Source of the DNA: Marsupella aquatica
Taxonomy: Eukaryota; Plantae; Marchantiophyta
Length of the DNA: 64,000 nucleotides
Reading direction: 5' to 3'
NCBI GenBank assembly: GCA_973895155.1
Contig: OZ316892.1
Location: forward strand, 14,066,861-14,130,860
Position 1 is the first letter of the stretch. Each line of letters begins with the position of its first letter. This document shows positions 1-12,860 of the stretch, piece by piece. The position numbers and the translations under genes were made by a program. Below the pieces are notes generated by a model that searched no databases, was not told the origin of the DNA, and saw only the letters and a program-made list of their open reading frames with translations.

Positions 1-1521
1 CTAACGACAATGAATCGTGGGGTTATCCTAATGATATCAGACATGTGAATTGCCATCTTGACTACTGAGCTGTTACTGGTAGTAAGCCATTTTAGCGACG
101 CTCGCGGATGGACATTGTCTGTGAGTTTTAACCAGATGTAATGAGTGTGGGCTTATGTAAAGAAACTCCAATAAAGCTTCAGATTTTTCAAGGATGAAAC
201 TAGATTATGCCAAAGCTCTGAATTGTAGTGTCTACAGTGATCGTCAGGGTATGTAGTTTGTATATAATACAATTTCTCCTTAGTTTCATTCCTCTTCTGT
301 AGTTCCCTATCACTTACGGATATCGGGTTCTCTGGCACAGCATAGTGAAAGTCATCGCGCAACAATTAGCTTGTTTTGACATTTGCGTGTTCTCCGGAGG
401 CGACTTAAGCAGCTGTAGAGTACTGTGATGACTGTAGACAGGGAAAATTTGGGGACGTTAATTGAATTTGAGGCCGTCAAGAAACATATTGAATTCTAGT
501 CTGAGAACTTTGGGCTCTGCGCTTTTGTCCAGTGTACTGAGAAGTTGAGGTGCAACTTATTAGAAAAGCATTTTGGGCGAGTGTTCCGAGAACGCATTCG
601 TATTTAAACAAGTTAAGATTACAAGCATTCGTGTTACGTGTTCTTAATTAGTTTGGAATTTGTCAACCTTGCTTTCTCTTAAAAATCGGGGGTGGTAATA
701 GTGCGAGTGAGAGAGAGAGTAAATCTCTTGACGATAAAAAAGTGGGCTTTGTTCTTTTCAGGCTCGCAGGATTTATGTCGCGGGTCCTTCACTATTATTT
801 TATTTTTTGAGTATTTTACAGGATGGATCTTCGCTTTGGTCTAGTCGCATGAGCTCTCTCTGATTGTTACGATTTCTAAGAGCTCCTAGACATATACGAT
901 TTCTACGTGAGACACGTTCTACCAATGCAACTGCCATTCTCACTTGAGAGACTAGAAAGGTTTAAAAAGTTCCCAAGTTCAGACTTCGATGAAAACCGGT
1001 ATTCAGATTGAGTCAAGGAAAGAGTTTTAGAATGATTAATAGACACACTGAACCTGCATAAAATCAATCTAATTCCTCGGTACCATTCCAAAACATTCAG
1101 AAACGAGTGTGCGAATACAATCAAGTTCTACTAGTGGTTACAGGCGGACTTAAACTTCGAATTTTGCCTTTCGTAAGTACAATTCCAACGAATAGGTGTT
1201 CTATTTTTTTGCGCACTTTCTCACATCTCCTATTATAAGTACGTACGTTTTCTTTTCTCAGCCTTTCAATAGACAAATGCGCTTTATTAAAAAGAACTTC
1301 TACTCAAAGCGTTTCGTAACATCCGTTTTCCTGTTCATTTAGCAGTTTGATTAAAACACCACCGTATACCGCAAGACACCTAATCCTAACCGTATGTACA
1401 AGTTGCTCATTTCCACACTAAGTACCCACATAATACACTTTGTTTGCTTTCTGTGAAGCGCCAGAAGACGGCAGTCCTCCCAATCAGCCGAATTGTACAG
1501 ACGCGTTCTAGAGCACCCTCT

Positions 1522-3126
1522 CTAGGAGCTGCTTCTTTTCTTTCGCTCCTCCTTAGTTTTTTGATTCTTTGACTGCAAGAACATCCATGAGCCAAGTTTC
1601 ATTGCCAAGCTTTTAAACAATGCAGAATTCGGAATCCTTTTTTCACGTTCATCTCTTCTCAGACATGAACGAAATAGCTGTACCAAGATAGCAGCCGAAG
1701 ACACAAAGAGGACAGTATTGACTCACCAGAATGATGAGAACCCGGACAAAAATCGATACGAAATCCATGAACAGATCCAACGAATGCTTGATGTAGTCCT
1801 CGTCACCCTTGTCAGCCCTTTCAATGATAAGTTGTGTATCAAAGAGTACGTAGCCAACGAAGAGTAGAAGGCCTCCGTACAACTGCAAGATGCCATTCAT
1901 ATAAACATCAGAAACGCCTCCTTTGTGGAACGATGTCACTTCCGAATACAGCTCCTTGAACATTTCGAGCACAGATTGCAAAGACCAACGAGTACAGGTA
2001 CACCATTCGCGGAACGTATGGATTTACCTCCTAAACAGCACGGTAAGGTATTCTAACAGAACTTGCAGAAAAAACTTACCTCGACGTTGAACATTGCTGA
2101 AGACCCACCAAAGATATAAGAACCAAACCGTAACATGAGCATTGTGCTCACGAGCGACGACAAGATTCCACCAAGGAACAAGTATTCACGACGCTTGGAG
2201 AGGACGGCAGCTCCCGAGAAGCTGGCAAAGATCGCCACCGTTCCCAAAAGACCTGTGAGTGCAATGCTTGGGTCTTGGTTAATGACGTATTCAACCAAAG
2301 TCCCAATCGAGGCCCCCTCCAAGAAGGCTGCACCCATCAGTAATTTATACCTCTTTCCCTGCAAGAAAGAATTAAAACAACACAATCCAAAGCAGTGAGT
2401 ACAAAGCTTCGAGTCAAGGGATCAATAAACTAAAAATATATTTGGTCCGGCAGTGTCAAGTGCACATTATCGCTAGAGAATCGCCCACTGCAGAAAAAGA
2501 TTTCTGGGGCTATCCACAGGGTGGAAAGGACACGAAAAACTTACCTCCTCATACGGAGGTGTCGCCAGTAGCCACATCGTGGCCCCGAGGAACCCCATAG
2601 TCGTCAAGAGCCCTCCGATATGTGTCAGGATGTGCACATATACGCCCACAGCAGCAACCAAAAGCGCCACACACACAGTGGTATACACCTGCAACAAGTC
2701 GACCGAAGGCAGACAAAGGTAAGCAAACCACTACTTGGGCATGAAAATATAGGCTGAAGGAACTTCAAGACCCATCACCGACACGGCGAGGAATAGACAA
2801 GGGCGCCGGCCGATGATACGGAACTCGGACGTGAAATCAAGGAACCCGTACACAACACAAGAAACCCCTCCCAAACCAAAGAAATAAACACAGCATTCTT
2901 GCCAAGATTTTCCATAGCCGGCCAACCCTGTGCCGTTCTGACGCGTTCGATAATATGCTCTTTCCTTCACTCCCTGAGCAACGACCTTTAAACGACGGAG
3001 TTCTAGTGTAGAGCGTACCTTGCGCAGATGGAGCTGCACTCGAGTATTCAGATGGTTGAAATTCAGCAAGGAGTCGACATTCCAGGATTTCGACCGGCTC
3101 TCGAAGAACCCCGCAGCGGCATCCAT
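1522..3126 (-). CDS. BI-1: Bax inhibitor-1, 5 coding exons (3126-3019, 2688-2545, 2358-2080, 1882-1727, 1572-1522), 245 aa
   Basis: Exons join in frame across phase-0 GT-AG introns. BI-1 motifs: [51 protein letters not shown], and a basic C-terminal tail (KEERKKR). Confidence 0.95.
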
Positions 3127-4229
3127 GGCTGCCTCCGAACTACTCACAAATTGGACTGAATAACCTTCCTGCACGCGCACAGTTACACCACCGCTGCGTT
3201 CCAATTCAACGAAGCGAAGATAAGATGAGCAAGCTATAACCCACAACAAAACTTTCTGCGCACCCGCTCAAACCTCAGGAATGATCTACGCCTTCTCTTT
3301 GCTAAATCCCTGCCTTGCCTTGCCTTCTTATGGCAGCGAGGAAGCAGATCGACGCCGAACTCAATCCACAAAACAATACCCGACTCCAAGCCAGCCAGTG
3401 CCTCTTTGCAAGGGGAAAGGCAGCGGTGCAGCGACGATTGACCCGCAAGCCACGCGACACATTATATAGTGAAAACGCAAGACTGACCAGTGACCAGCAA
3501 TCCAATCGAAACACTCACCGTGACACACCACCACCACCAAACCAAACCAAACCACACCACACCCAAAACCGAACCAAAACGTTCCAGACCTTTCGAAAGG
3601 GAAGCACGCTCCCGCACAAAGCTAGCAAAATCACTGCTGTGGAAGGATCTGGATCGATCGCTCTCTTCTTCTACTCCTCCTTCGTCTCGCAAACACTCCA
3701 CAGAGAACCACGGCCGCGAATCACAAGTAGAGGGCAGTCCTCACCATAGCAACTGGATAGATTAGCGTTGCGGCAAAGCGAAGCAAAGGGAAGGAAATGG
3801 AAAATGGAAAATGGAAATGAGAGGAAGCGGAGCGAACGGAAGGAACGAGGAGATTATGGGGATGGGTTCGGAACGAGGAGATCGTTTCCTTTTCCTTGGA
3901 TTTCTCGTTTCCTTGTGTGCGATCATTTTCGCGGAAGGTGAGGATCGGAAGCGAATTCTGTGTCATGTTTCTCGACTGCTCGAGACTTTTCTCGGGGTCG
4001 GACTGTAGCGATGGGATTGGTAGGGGCGAGGGAAGGGGGCTGGGAAGGGTCCGGGACGACTCACGTGGCGATCTCTCACTTGCCGGAACGCGTCACCAAG
4101 TCGAGGGTCGGGACAGACGGGGCAGGGCAGGGCAGGGCAGGGCAGGGAGGGCAGAGGTGTGCTTTGGTTTAATCTCGTATTCTGAACTCTTGTTGGCCCT
4201 TGGCCTCCTCCTGCCTTCCGCGTCATTTC

Positions 4230-4423
4230 GACCACCATGTATTTTCAATGTTACTATAAAAGTGGTAATTGAAGCCTAGGTCTAGAGTGAAACTTCTAGA
4301 CCACCATGTATTTTCAATCTTACTATAAAAGTGGTAACTGAAGCCTAGGTCCTAGTCTAGAAAGGTTAGTGGCAGCTGAACCCTATTCTTAAGGGCCTAG
4401 GTCTAGAGTGAAACTTCTAGACC
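4230..4423. repeat. ~70-bp tandem duplication carrying the hairpin GGTCTAGAGTGAAACTTCTAGACC (copies at 4279 and 4400)
   Basis: GACCACCATGTATTTTCAAT...GAAGCCTAGGTC occurs twice; the same hairpin motif recurs at 12885, 13695 and 14270. Confidence 0.75.
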
Positions 4424-5905
4424 ATAATTCATGTAAAAAAAAAGTTACTGGTGTGTAACTTTTTTACTAGGTATTATCATTTCCATAACCCTATGCCCAG
4501 AAAATCTTACCCGGTGATTTTTTTCCGTGCAGGTATGACATATGATAATGATTGTTTGGGCTAGGGTTCTAGTCTGTTCCCACAAAGCTCAGCTGACGGT
4601 AAGCATTTCTTCACTTTCTGGTCATAGGGTTAGACTAGTAACCCCAGACCAAACCATCATTATCCTATATGTAACTCCTGATAGAGACAAAACTGATAAT
4701 GAGGTTCAATAACATCAAAAGTTTAAATGAGTATGGACAAAAGTGACATTGACTCTAAATAAGGATAAAACTGAAATGATGGTGGACACAAAACAAGAAT
4801 GAGGTAAAGACTTACCAAATTGGAGTTTAAATTGGAGTTTCGACCGCCAGGTATCTTCCATGATAGCTTAATTTTAGATAGAGTCCTGGAAGATTGAAGT
4901 ATAAATTGGAGTATAGTAAACCCCTCATTGTTTTGTGCTTCTATAAGAAAAGCTATGACGTGTTGCTTCAATAGAGTCCTCGGAGAAGTTTAGGTTAGAT
5001 TATTGTAAACCCCTCATGAATTGTTTGCTTTGTATGTCTGTAGAAGGGTATGAGGCATTGATTCCCACATGAACCACTTAACCCTTTTTGGCCATCTGGC
5101 CTGGGAGTTTAAATGAGAATAAACTTCAGGTAAGGTGCAAGTGGCAGAGGGGCAGTTTTGCAAGTAAATGTGAGGTGGATGCTTCAAATATGCACTTGGA
5201 GCTTATGCTTGGTAACTCATTCCCACTCGGGGGTAATGGGCAGGGGTAATGGGCTGTAACCCCCTTGGGCTCACCTCCCTTGGGGATTACATCCCATTGC
5301 CCCCTCTTGGGGATGGGTTACCCTACACATCACCGCCCTCCAATAAACCTCAATACCCTTGACCAATGGGGGTGAGGGATTGGGGCAGCCAAGCAGAAGA
5401 AGTGGAGCGGGTTGGGGCGGCACCAAAGCAAGAGGGAAGGTGACTAGCATGGTCAGCCTGAAAAGGGGAATCTTAATTCTATTGAATAGGAAGGGACCGA
5501 TTGTAGGTTTCTAGGAGTAGCACTGGAGTGGTGTGTGGTACTGAAATACACTAACTTATGCACCCACTGCAATATCCTGGAATTGTAGATAAGTACCTGG
5601 GGTGATTCCAATCATCTTTTGGAGAATCTCTTGTGATTTGCTGATTTGATCGTAAGCCATTTATTGTCCTTTCCTACATACCATGGAATAACCAATTTGA
5701 CTATGACATGATGGTTGTTCCTACCAAACTGAATCTGCAACGTCATTTGGGGGCCTTGTGAGAAATGATATGGTTGGCACAGGATCATGAAGATGAGCCC
5801 ATGGGTAAGAGGACATGCAAGAATTAATAAATACATTACTTCATGTATAAGGGAAAGTTCAACATTTCTTATTAAACCACACCTGCCCATATAAAAGCCC
5901 CATTC

Positions 5906-6057
5906 CCTGCTTATCTAGTGCTCATTACTGCGAATACTGTAATTAAAATAAAAGGTGGAGCACTCACCACAAAAGGTAGACCCTGCTTGTCTAGTACTCA
6001 TTCCTGTGAACAGTGGAATTAACATAAAGGTGGGAGCACTCACCACAAAAGGTATAC
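5906..6057. repeat. Two diverged 76-bp tandem units
   Basis: CCTGCTT.TCTAGT.CTCATT...GGAGCACTCACCACAAAAGGTA starts at 5906 and again at 5982. Confidence 0.8.
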
Positions 6058-7103
6058 CTCAAAGCCCTTTCCAAGTAAAACTGAACCTGTGCACTGCATA
6101 GGTGCAGTTTAAGAGGTGACAACAGGGTAGGCACGATCGACAGTACACAGAGAGGCAGACCTGAAGTCCCGAGTTACTCTTTATGAGCAAGAATATCTCA
6201 AAGAAGATGTATGTGCGGTACAAGACCTTTTTTTCAACTCTTGATAAGGTGGAATCCAGTGTCTTCATGTCTTTAGCTAGATAAGTAAATACTCTGAATG
6301 GAATGGGTACACGTTTCTTTCCATACTTCTTGGTATGGTCCATCCCCGTAGCTTCATGTCTTTAGCTAGATGGATAATAGCAGTGCATAGAAGTGTGTCA
6401 TTGACTCTAGTGATATCACCAAACATGGCATTGCTGTGGTGTGTTAGAATTCGCAGTCAGGACTTCGCGATTAGAATGTTGGATGACAGTCTAAACTTGC
6501 TTAGATCTATCTCCAACCTGCTGTAGATATTGATAAGGGTCTCCCCCAAAGTGGGGCGCGTAATGACATTTTCAAAATGCAAAGGGAGCCCTGATCGCCA
6601 GGGAGTTGCTGCAACGGGGATGCTTCAGGTAGCAAGGTTCGCTTGGTTAGCGACAATTAAAGTTTCCGTCTGAGGAAATTTCTTAGTAGCACTTGTTCAA
6701 GAACAGGTCAGCTATAACAGCAATTATAATAGTTTCCTAAACTTAAGCACCGTCCCTCGTTGCTGGAGTATCCACCCGTGGTGCCTCTGCCAGTATCCAC
6801 TGCCAGCCTTAACACCATTTTGAGAGTGAGCTTGATCGTGAGCTTGATCCACCATAATGTTCCAAGCAGAAGCGTGATTGACAATTCAAGTAGCCCTACG
6901 GAATTCAAAATTGTAAAGTGTAATGGACAGAGCTCATAAAGGAGCATCACATATTACAAGCGAAAACACAGTAAGCATTCAGAAGTTCTGTCAAATTTAA
7001 CTACTTGTGATCTCATTTCAAATCTTTCCGAAAGGGTTAGGGTAGCTTGAAAGCAATCCCACAAGAGAATTTGACTCGCTCCTTGTAAACAGACAACTAT
7101 AAA

Positions 7104-9183
7104 TCAGCTCTCAGCTGCCAATTTGTTCTCTTCGTCTGGTACCTCATTCCTTGCACCTTGTCCTCGGATTCGCACCCTATCTCCCATGTCGGTTTCTTCG
7201 TCTGACTCATTACTTAAAACTTCTCCTTTGATTCGCACACGACCCCCCATAATGACCAAGGGTTCTTCTGCTTCGTCTCCGTCGGGTCTCTCAACCATGT
7301 CCAGCTGTAACCTGTCTGCAAATTTCGCATCACTACAATTGAGGAACCAAGCCAAGCTACACTGAACATCCTTTCGTTCAATCTGTATATATCGGGGCCG
7401 GATCCGTTTCTCCAGGTTGTACGTGAAGTAAAATGGGTAGTCCACAAGCTCTGACACCGGCCTTTTCATGCTGGTCACAAAGAAGGACAGATGAGGCTTC
7501 AGCACCTCGTCAATGCTGAGGGCCAATATTTGTGGGCACTTCGTCACCATGACACCAAGATCTTCGACTGAAAATCCTTCTCTGCTGAGAAATGTTACCC
7601 TTGATTGTGCCAAGGCAATGTTGATTGCCAGAATTTGTGGCAATTTCTCCAGAACTCGACCAATATCTTCCCGTTTAACACCTGCGTACTTAACGAGCCA
7701 ACCCATCTTTGTATCCAATCTGTGCTTTATGTCCAGTCCAAGAATATCTGCATACTGTATAACAACTCGCGAAAGATGCTCTTCCCTAACCCCCAGAGAC
7801 CTTAGATCCTCAATTGCAGGCTTCATCTTATTGTCTAAATCAAAACCTAAAATGAATGGCTTCACCTCCAAGACCTTTGCTAACACCTCCCTCGGTATGC
7901 CTAAGCCAAGCAAATATTCGACCTTAAGCTTAATATTGTTTCCTACTCTCATTCCTAAGATTTCAGGGTACTCAGTAATCATCGGGCCAATTTCTCTCAT
8001 GTTCACTCCTAAACTAACAAGATAAGCTATCGACGTGCTCATAGTTCCTTCAATCTTGAACCCTAAAATATCGGGGTACCTTGTTAGAACTCTACCAAGA
8101 TTGAGTCGATCTATTCCTATACCCAATAAGAAGGTCACAACAGGTTCCAGGTCCATATTCACACTGGAATTCAGAACCATAGGATATTTTCTAATGAGAT
8201 CGGGTAAAAATCTAGCCTCCACGTTCAATTTTTCCAAGTAACTCAGAACAGGAACTAGATTCTTCTTCACGCTGCAACCAAGCATGAGTGGATAGTCGTT
8301 TATATCTTTCGTACTGAGCCCGATCTTTTTCAAAAATATTATCCTTTCTTCCATGACGGTCACAGAGGGCGGAAGGGTAACTGACTCGAGCTCTGCAGTC
8401 TCGATGCCTTCTGATTTCAAATATTTGAGCACAGCTTCACGGGCCACAAACTCGTTCTCATAAATTTCTTCTCTTGGTGAAAGAGATGGTTGTTCAGCAG
8501 CGGATTGTTCTCCCAAAGCTCCAGCTCCTGACACCAAAGAACCTTGGGACGAAGCTGCATCAGCAGAAACAGCTGAAAGCACAGACAACCAATGAAGTCA
8601 AATTCTATGCACCAAATCTGACTTTTGAGACGTGTATAAAGAATGTATAACAGATAAGGAGAAGGTTTAGGGTTTAGGGTTTATGAAACTGAGAGGAATT
8701 TCCAATTACAGTTAATTCTCCTGCTGGAATGAGGCAAAAGGCAAGGAAGAAATGAAAGCCCTGCGATTTTCATCATTTATTGATTCTATTGCTTTCCTTT
8801 ACAATGGATGAGCTTCAGAGGCAGGGCACACCTGAGGCTTCTTCACTCTGGACGACATGGCCTTGATTTGGAGCTAGGGCTTGGAACCCCCTCGAGAAGT
8901 GCTCCGTATTCTCCGCCTGAACCCTAACTCTGCCGATACGAGTGAATCCACCGGCAGCTTCCAAAAAGGGCCCTTGAATGAGCACTTCTATAACACTAGA
9001 TACGAACAATGGAAACCCACCTGAACTGGGAAACATGCGGGACCGGCACCGGACAGTCCTCGAACATCTGAAAGAGCACTGGCCGTAACCTCCAACCGAG
9101 ACCCACACCTGGGCTGCAGCCGTCCGCCGCGCAGCAACGGATCCGAGAGCAGCACGGACGATCGTAGCTGAAACCGCGGCCAT
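7104..9183 (-). CDS. Organelle-targeted mTERF protein, mTERF4/BSM/RUG2-like (exons 9183-8832, 8572-7104)
   Basis: Tandem mTERF repeats (INDYPLMLGCSVKKNLVPVLSYLEKL, YPDILGFKIEGTMSTSIAYLVSLGV, YFTYNLEKRIRPRY, CSLAWFLNCSD). Exon 1 is Ala/Arg/Ser-rich like a transit peptide, and the phase-1 donor and acceptor match. Confidence 0.9.
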
Positions 9184-9341
9184 CTCCAACAACAAGAATC
9201 AACAAATTACACGTCCAACGAAATGATAACCCTTACGTTTTCGGGGCATTGGATTCTCACCAATGTTTGCGTTACTCAAGCTCAAGCCGACATTCTCGCT
9301 TCCGCTTCGTCCACACCTGCTCACTCTGTTGCTTCTCCCTC

Positions 9342-9523
9342 TTCTTGCGCAGCTTAGGTGGAAGGCAAAGACAGTTTCTTCCGGGGAGCCGGAGCCATCA
9401 GTGAAATACCACTCTAGAAGCTTACTCTGGTGCTTCTCCCGCTTCTTGCGCAGCTTAGGTGGAAGGCAAAGAAAGTTTCTTCCGGGGAGCCGGAGCCATC
9501 AGTGAAATACCACTCTAGAAGCT
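9342..9523 (+). pseudogene. rrn23: Two tandem ~80-nt fragments of plastid 23S rRNA, with a third, inverted partial copy at 10017-10065
   Basis: GCGCAGCTTAGGTGGAAGGC...CTTCCGGGG..CC.GAGCCATCAGTGA.ATACCACTCT matches plastid 23S rRNA as I recall it; fragments only. Confidence 0.8.
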
Positions 9524-9554
9524 TAATCCCTGTGTTGATAATCATAATTACGAT

Positions 9555-9725
9555 ATTTTCTTTTCATCCGGCTCCTCATGAATAAAATATTTCAAACTCC
9601 ATTGAAGTTTTTTCTAAGATTGTAGAATAAAATGTAAGAGTCATTGACAGATATTAACTCTAGAATCAATGTAGGTATTTTTTCATTTGGTTTTCTTTGC
9701 CATCCTAGCCTAACCAACAAGCAAA
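9555..9725 (-). other. Plastid group II intron fragment ending at the start of domain V, probably rpl16 intron
   Basis: The minus strand reads ATTCATGAGGAGCCGGATGAAAAGAAA (domain V start) and AGGATGGCAAAGAAAACCAA, resembling the rpl16 intron 3' region from memory. Confidence 0.5.
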
Positions 9726-10964
9726 AATTTCGTAGATTTCATCGTTTCCATGACTTAAACTTTTTCGATTAGGTTCCTTTTCCGCAGTTGAGTCTGGATT
9801 TTATTATTCAATTTACTCAGTTTATATAATCGCTTTTCACATTAGTTGTCGAGGTGCACATCGAAAGAATTGATGTAACTAAGCTGCCGAAGTTACTATC
9901 TAGTTGCAGCAGTCGTTTATGTGCTAATCCGCGTGTATTATACCTAATGTATTATAGTGAAATGGATACCTAATTTTATGATAGAAAAAACACTATAATC
10001 CATTTCACTATATTTTAGCTTCTAGAGTGGTATTTCACTGATGGCTCCGGCTCCCTGGAAGAAATTTCACTATATTATACCTAATGTATTATAGTGAAAT
10101 GGATACCTAATTTTATGATAGAAAAAATATTTACGGACCCCACTAGAAGTCCCTTCCAAAATTCCTGGCACCACATCGTGCCACGTCAACAACAACCGCA
10201 ACAAACAAGACTTGTCAGTTTTGTGAATCAAACTTATAGTTTTCATTCGTGTTTGTGTCAATTTGGGTGTAAATTTTGGGACGCCGTGCCGTAAAAAGAA
10301 AAATAAAAACATTGAAAATACAAAGAGCAAGACGGTTAAAACTGTCACTATGTAACCGTTTTAGTTACATTTCCAATTTTAAAACTTAAATTCAAAGATT
10401 TATAAAAAGTATTTTTCATATAATAAATAATGACTAATAACTAACTTCATAACTTCCTTGTTAAACCGCAACTCCCGGTATGTAAGGACCTCTCGTATTG
10501 TACAGCCATTAATGCTAGGAAGAGCACATAGAAACCCAAGATCGGGGAGGAGGAATGGCTGGAATCTTGAAAGTTCATCTAATTTTATACTCAAAACTAT
10601 TTACTCATTCTCAAAACAAAAAATACCCAGTCGTAGATCTCATTGAGATCTTTCTTTTGCACCCTAGATCGCCTTCTAACATGGATGAATAAGATTTCTA
10701 GAGGCATTACAAAATGGACGGCAAAGATCGTAAAATCAACAAAATCGATGGCTAGGAAGGCTTGGATTTGTTTAATTTTTCATTTGAAAAATATTAACCC
10801 ATTTGCAAAACGGACAGAACCCATTCATAGATCTATTTGAGATCTTTCTTTTGAGCCATAGATTGGCCATTATGATGGACGGACGAGATTTCCGGAGATA
10901 AGAAATGGAGACGGCTCAGATCGACTCTTCCCCCTGATTTTATTAGCCAAGGGGTCCACGAACT

Positions 10965-11489
<525 letters not shown>

Positions 11490-11758
11490 TTTTCTATTTA
11501 GTTTTCAAAATTTGTAACTTTTGACCGAACTTAATTATTGAGATCAAAGCAAAATCTAAATGTTTTGTAGAAAAATCAATTGTGTTTTATTATTAAACTA
11601 GTCAATCATAAGTTTTAACACTTTCGTTTTTTTAGTTAATAATTTTTTACCGTTGTATGCTAATCATGTATTTCTTTTTCATGTTTCTCAATTTTTCTTG
11701 TTTTTCATTTTTTCTTGATATCTTATATTGAGGTTTGAAAAAAAGGAGGAAACTTTTG

Positions 11759-12243
11759 ATGTCTCTAATGAATTGGTTTGAAGATAAAAGAAGATTCGGT
11801 GGATTAATTGAAGCTTTTATCAAAAAAGCTACCAAAGGATATATATTTAGTGAAGGGGAAAAAGATAAGTATATAAAGATTGATACTACTAAAGGGTTGT
11901 GGACTACATGTGATAATTGTGAAAATATGTTATATGTTCGATTCTTGAGACAAAATAAAAGAATTTGTGAAGAATGCGGCTATCATTTACAGATGAGTAG
12001 TACGGAAAGAATTGAACTATTAATTGATCGTGGGACTTGGCATCCTATGGACGAAGATATGACTGCAAGAGATATTCTTAAATTTTCAGATGAAGATTCT
12101 TATAAAAATAGAGTAGTATTCTATCAAAAACGAACAGGTTTAACCGATGCTATTCAAACAAGCATAGGAAAATTAAATGGAATTTCTATTGCACTTGGAG
12201 TTATGGATTTTCAATTTATGGGAGGTAGTATGGGATCTGTTGT
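11759..12243 (+). pseudogene. accD: Plastid acetyl-CoA carboxylase beta subunit, 5' half (NUPT)
   Basis: [17 protein letters not shown]...CDNCENMLY...[22 protein letters not shown]...[14 protein letters not shown], truncated where it meets the rps11 fragment; bryophyte-type N-terminus. Confidence 0.95.
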
Positions 12244-12358
12244 TTGAGCAGCAAAAGGTGTACTTTTTTTTGCACCCTTAAACCCACAGGCACCAGCAGA
12301 AGACCAAGAAATGACTTGTCCAGTATATCCGGAACTGCTACAATTGTATTATTAAACA
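12241..12358 (-). pseudogene. rps11: Plastid rps11 internal fragment (NUPT)
   Basis: The minus strand translates, with one frameshift, to [38 protein letters not shown]. Not called in the ORF track. Confidence 0.85.
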
Positions 12359-12572
12359 GCGGTGTATAAAATAAATTTAGTGGCTGCGTAGAAACGCTGT
12401 TTCCCTCCCCAAACAATTAGCAATAAATAAACTCGAAGTGATTCTAATTCCCACATAAAGAAGAAAAGTGAAATATCTTGAGAAGCAAATAATACTATCT
12501 GTCCACTATACATCGCTAACATCAGGAAATGAAACAATCGAGGATTTCGTGTAACTGGCCAGGCAGCCAATA
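12359..12572 (-). pseudogene. ndhD: Plastid ndhD internal fragment (NUPT)
   Basis: [41 protein letters not shown]...[16 protein letters not shown]. Confidence 0.93.
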
Positions 12573-12860
12573 TAGAGTCACAAACCCTGCCCTGCTCGGC
12601 TCTGCGCGTCTTGGTCGAAAGCAAAGCCTCGTCGCTAGGCAAATTCTGCTCTCTTGCTACTACTGTAAGCCAAACCTAAGCCCCAGCAAGCACATTCCGC
12701 CGGTTTCCCCTCCCGTGGCCATCTCCAACATCAACAACAGCACCAACAAAGTGAAAACAGAGTCCCAACCTCCGCCCAGCTCTGCTCTACTCCGCTCTTC
12801 GTGGCCGAATGCAAAACAAATGTGCTGATTCTCGTGTTATCTTACTAATAAAGCGCAAAC

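Noticed and set aside
1125-1136. CACTA terminus GTTCTACTAGTG similar to the TIR at 53021
   Set aside because: Its orientation faces away from the 53021 end and no subterminal repeats or partner are visible; may be chance.
3281-4279. Cluster of overlapping ORFs upstream of BI-1
   Set aside because: Low-complexity GC-rich leader or promoter sequence with no recognisable domains.
8664-8683. Interstitial telomere
   Set aside because: Fewer than three TTTAGGG units in the mTERF intron; at most a common telo-box.
9342-9523. Functional rRNA gene
   Set aside because: Only ~80-nt fragments of plastid 23S rRNA.
11735-12247. Functional nuclear transfer of accD
   Set aside because: Truncated after GSMGSVV, no transit peptide, and substitutions at conserved residues.
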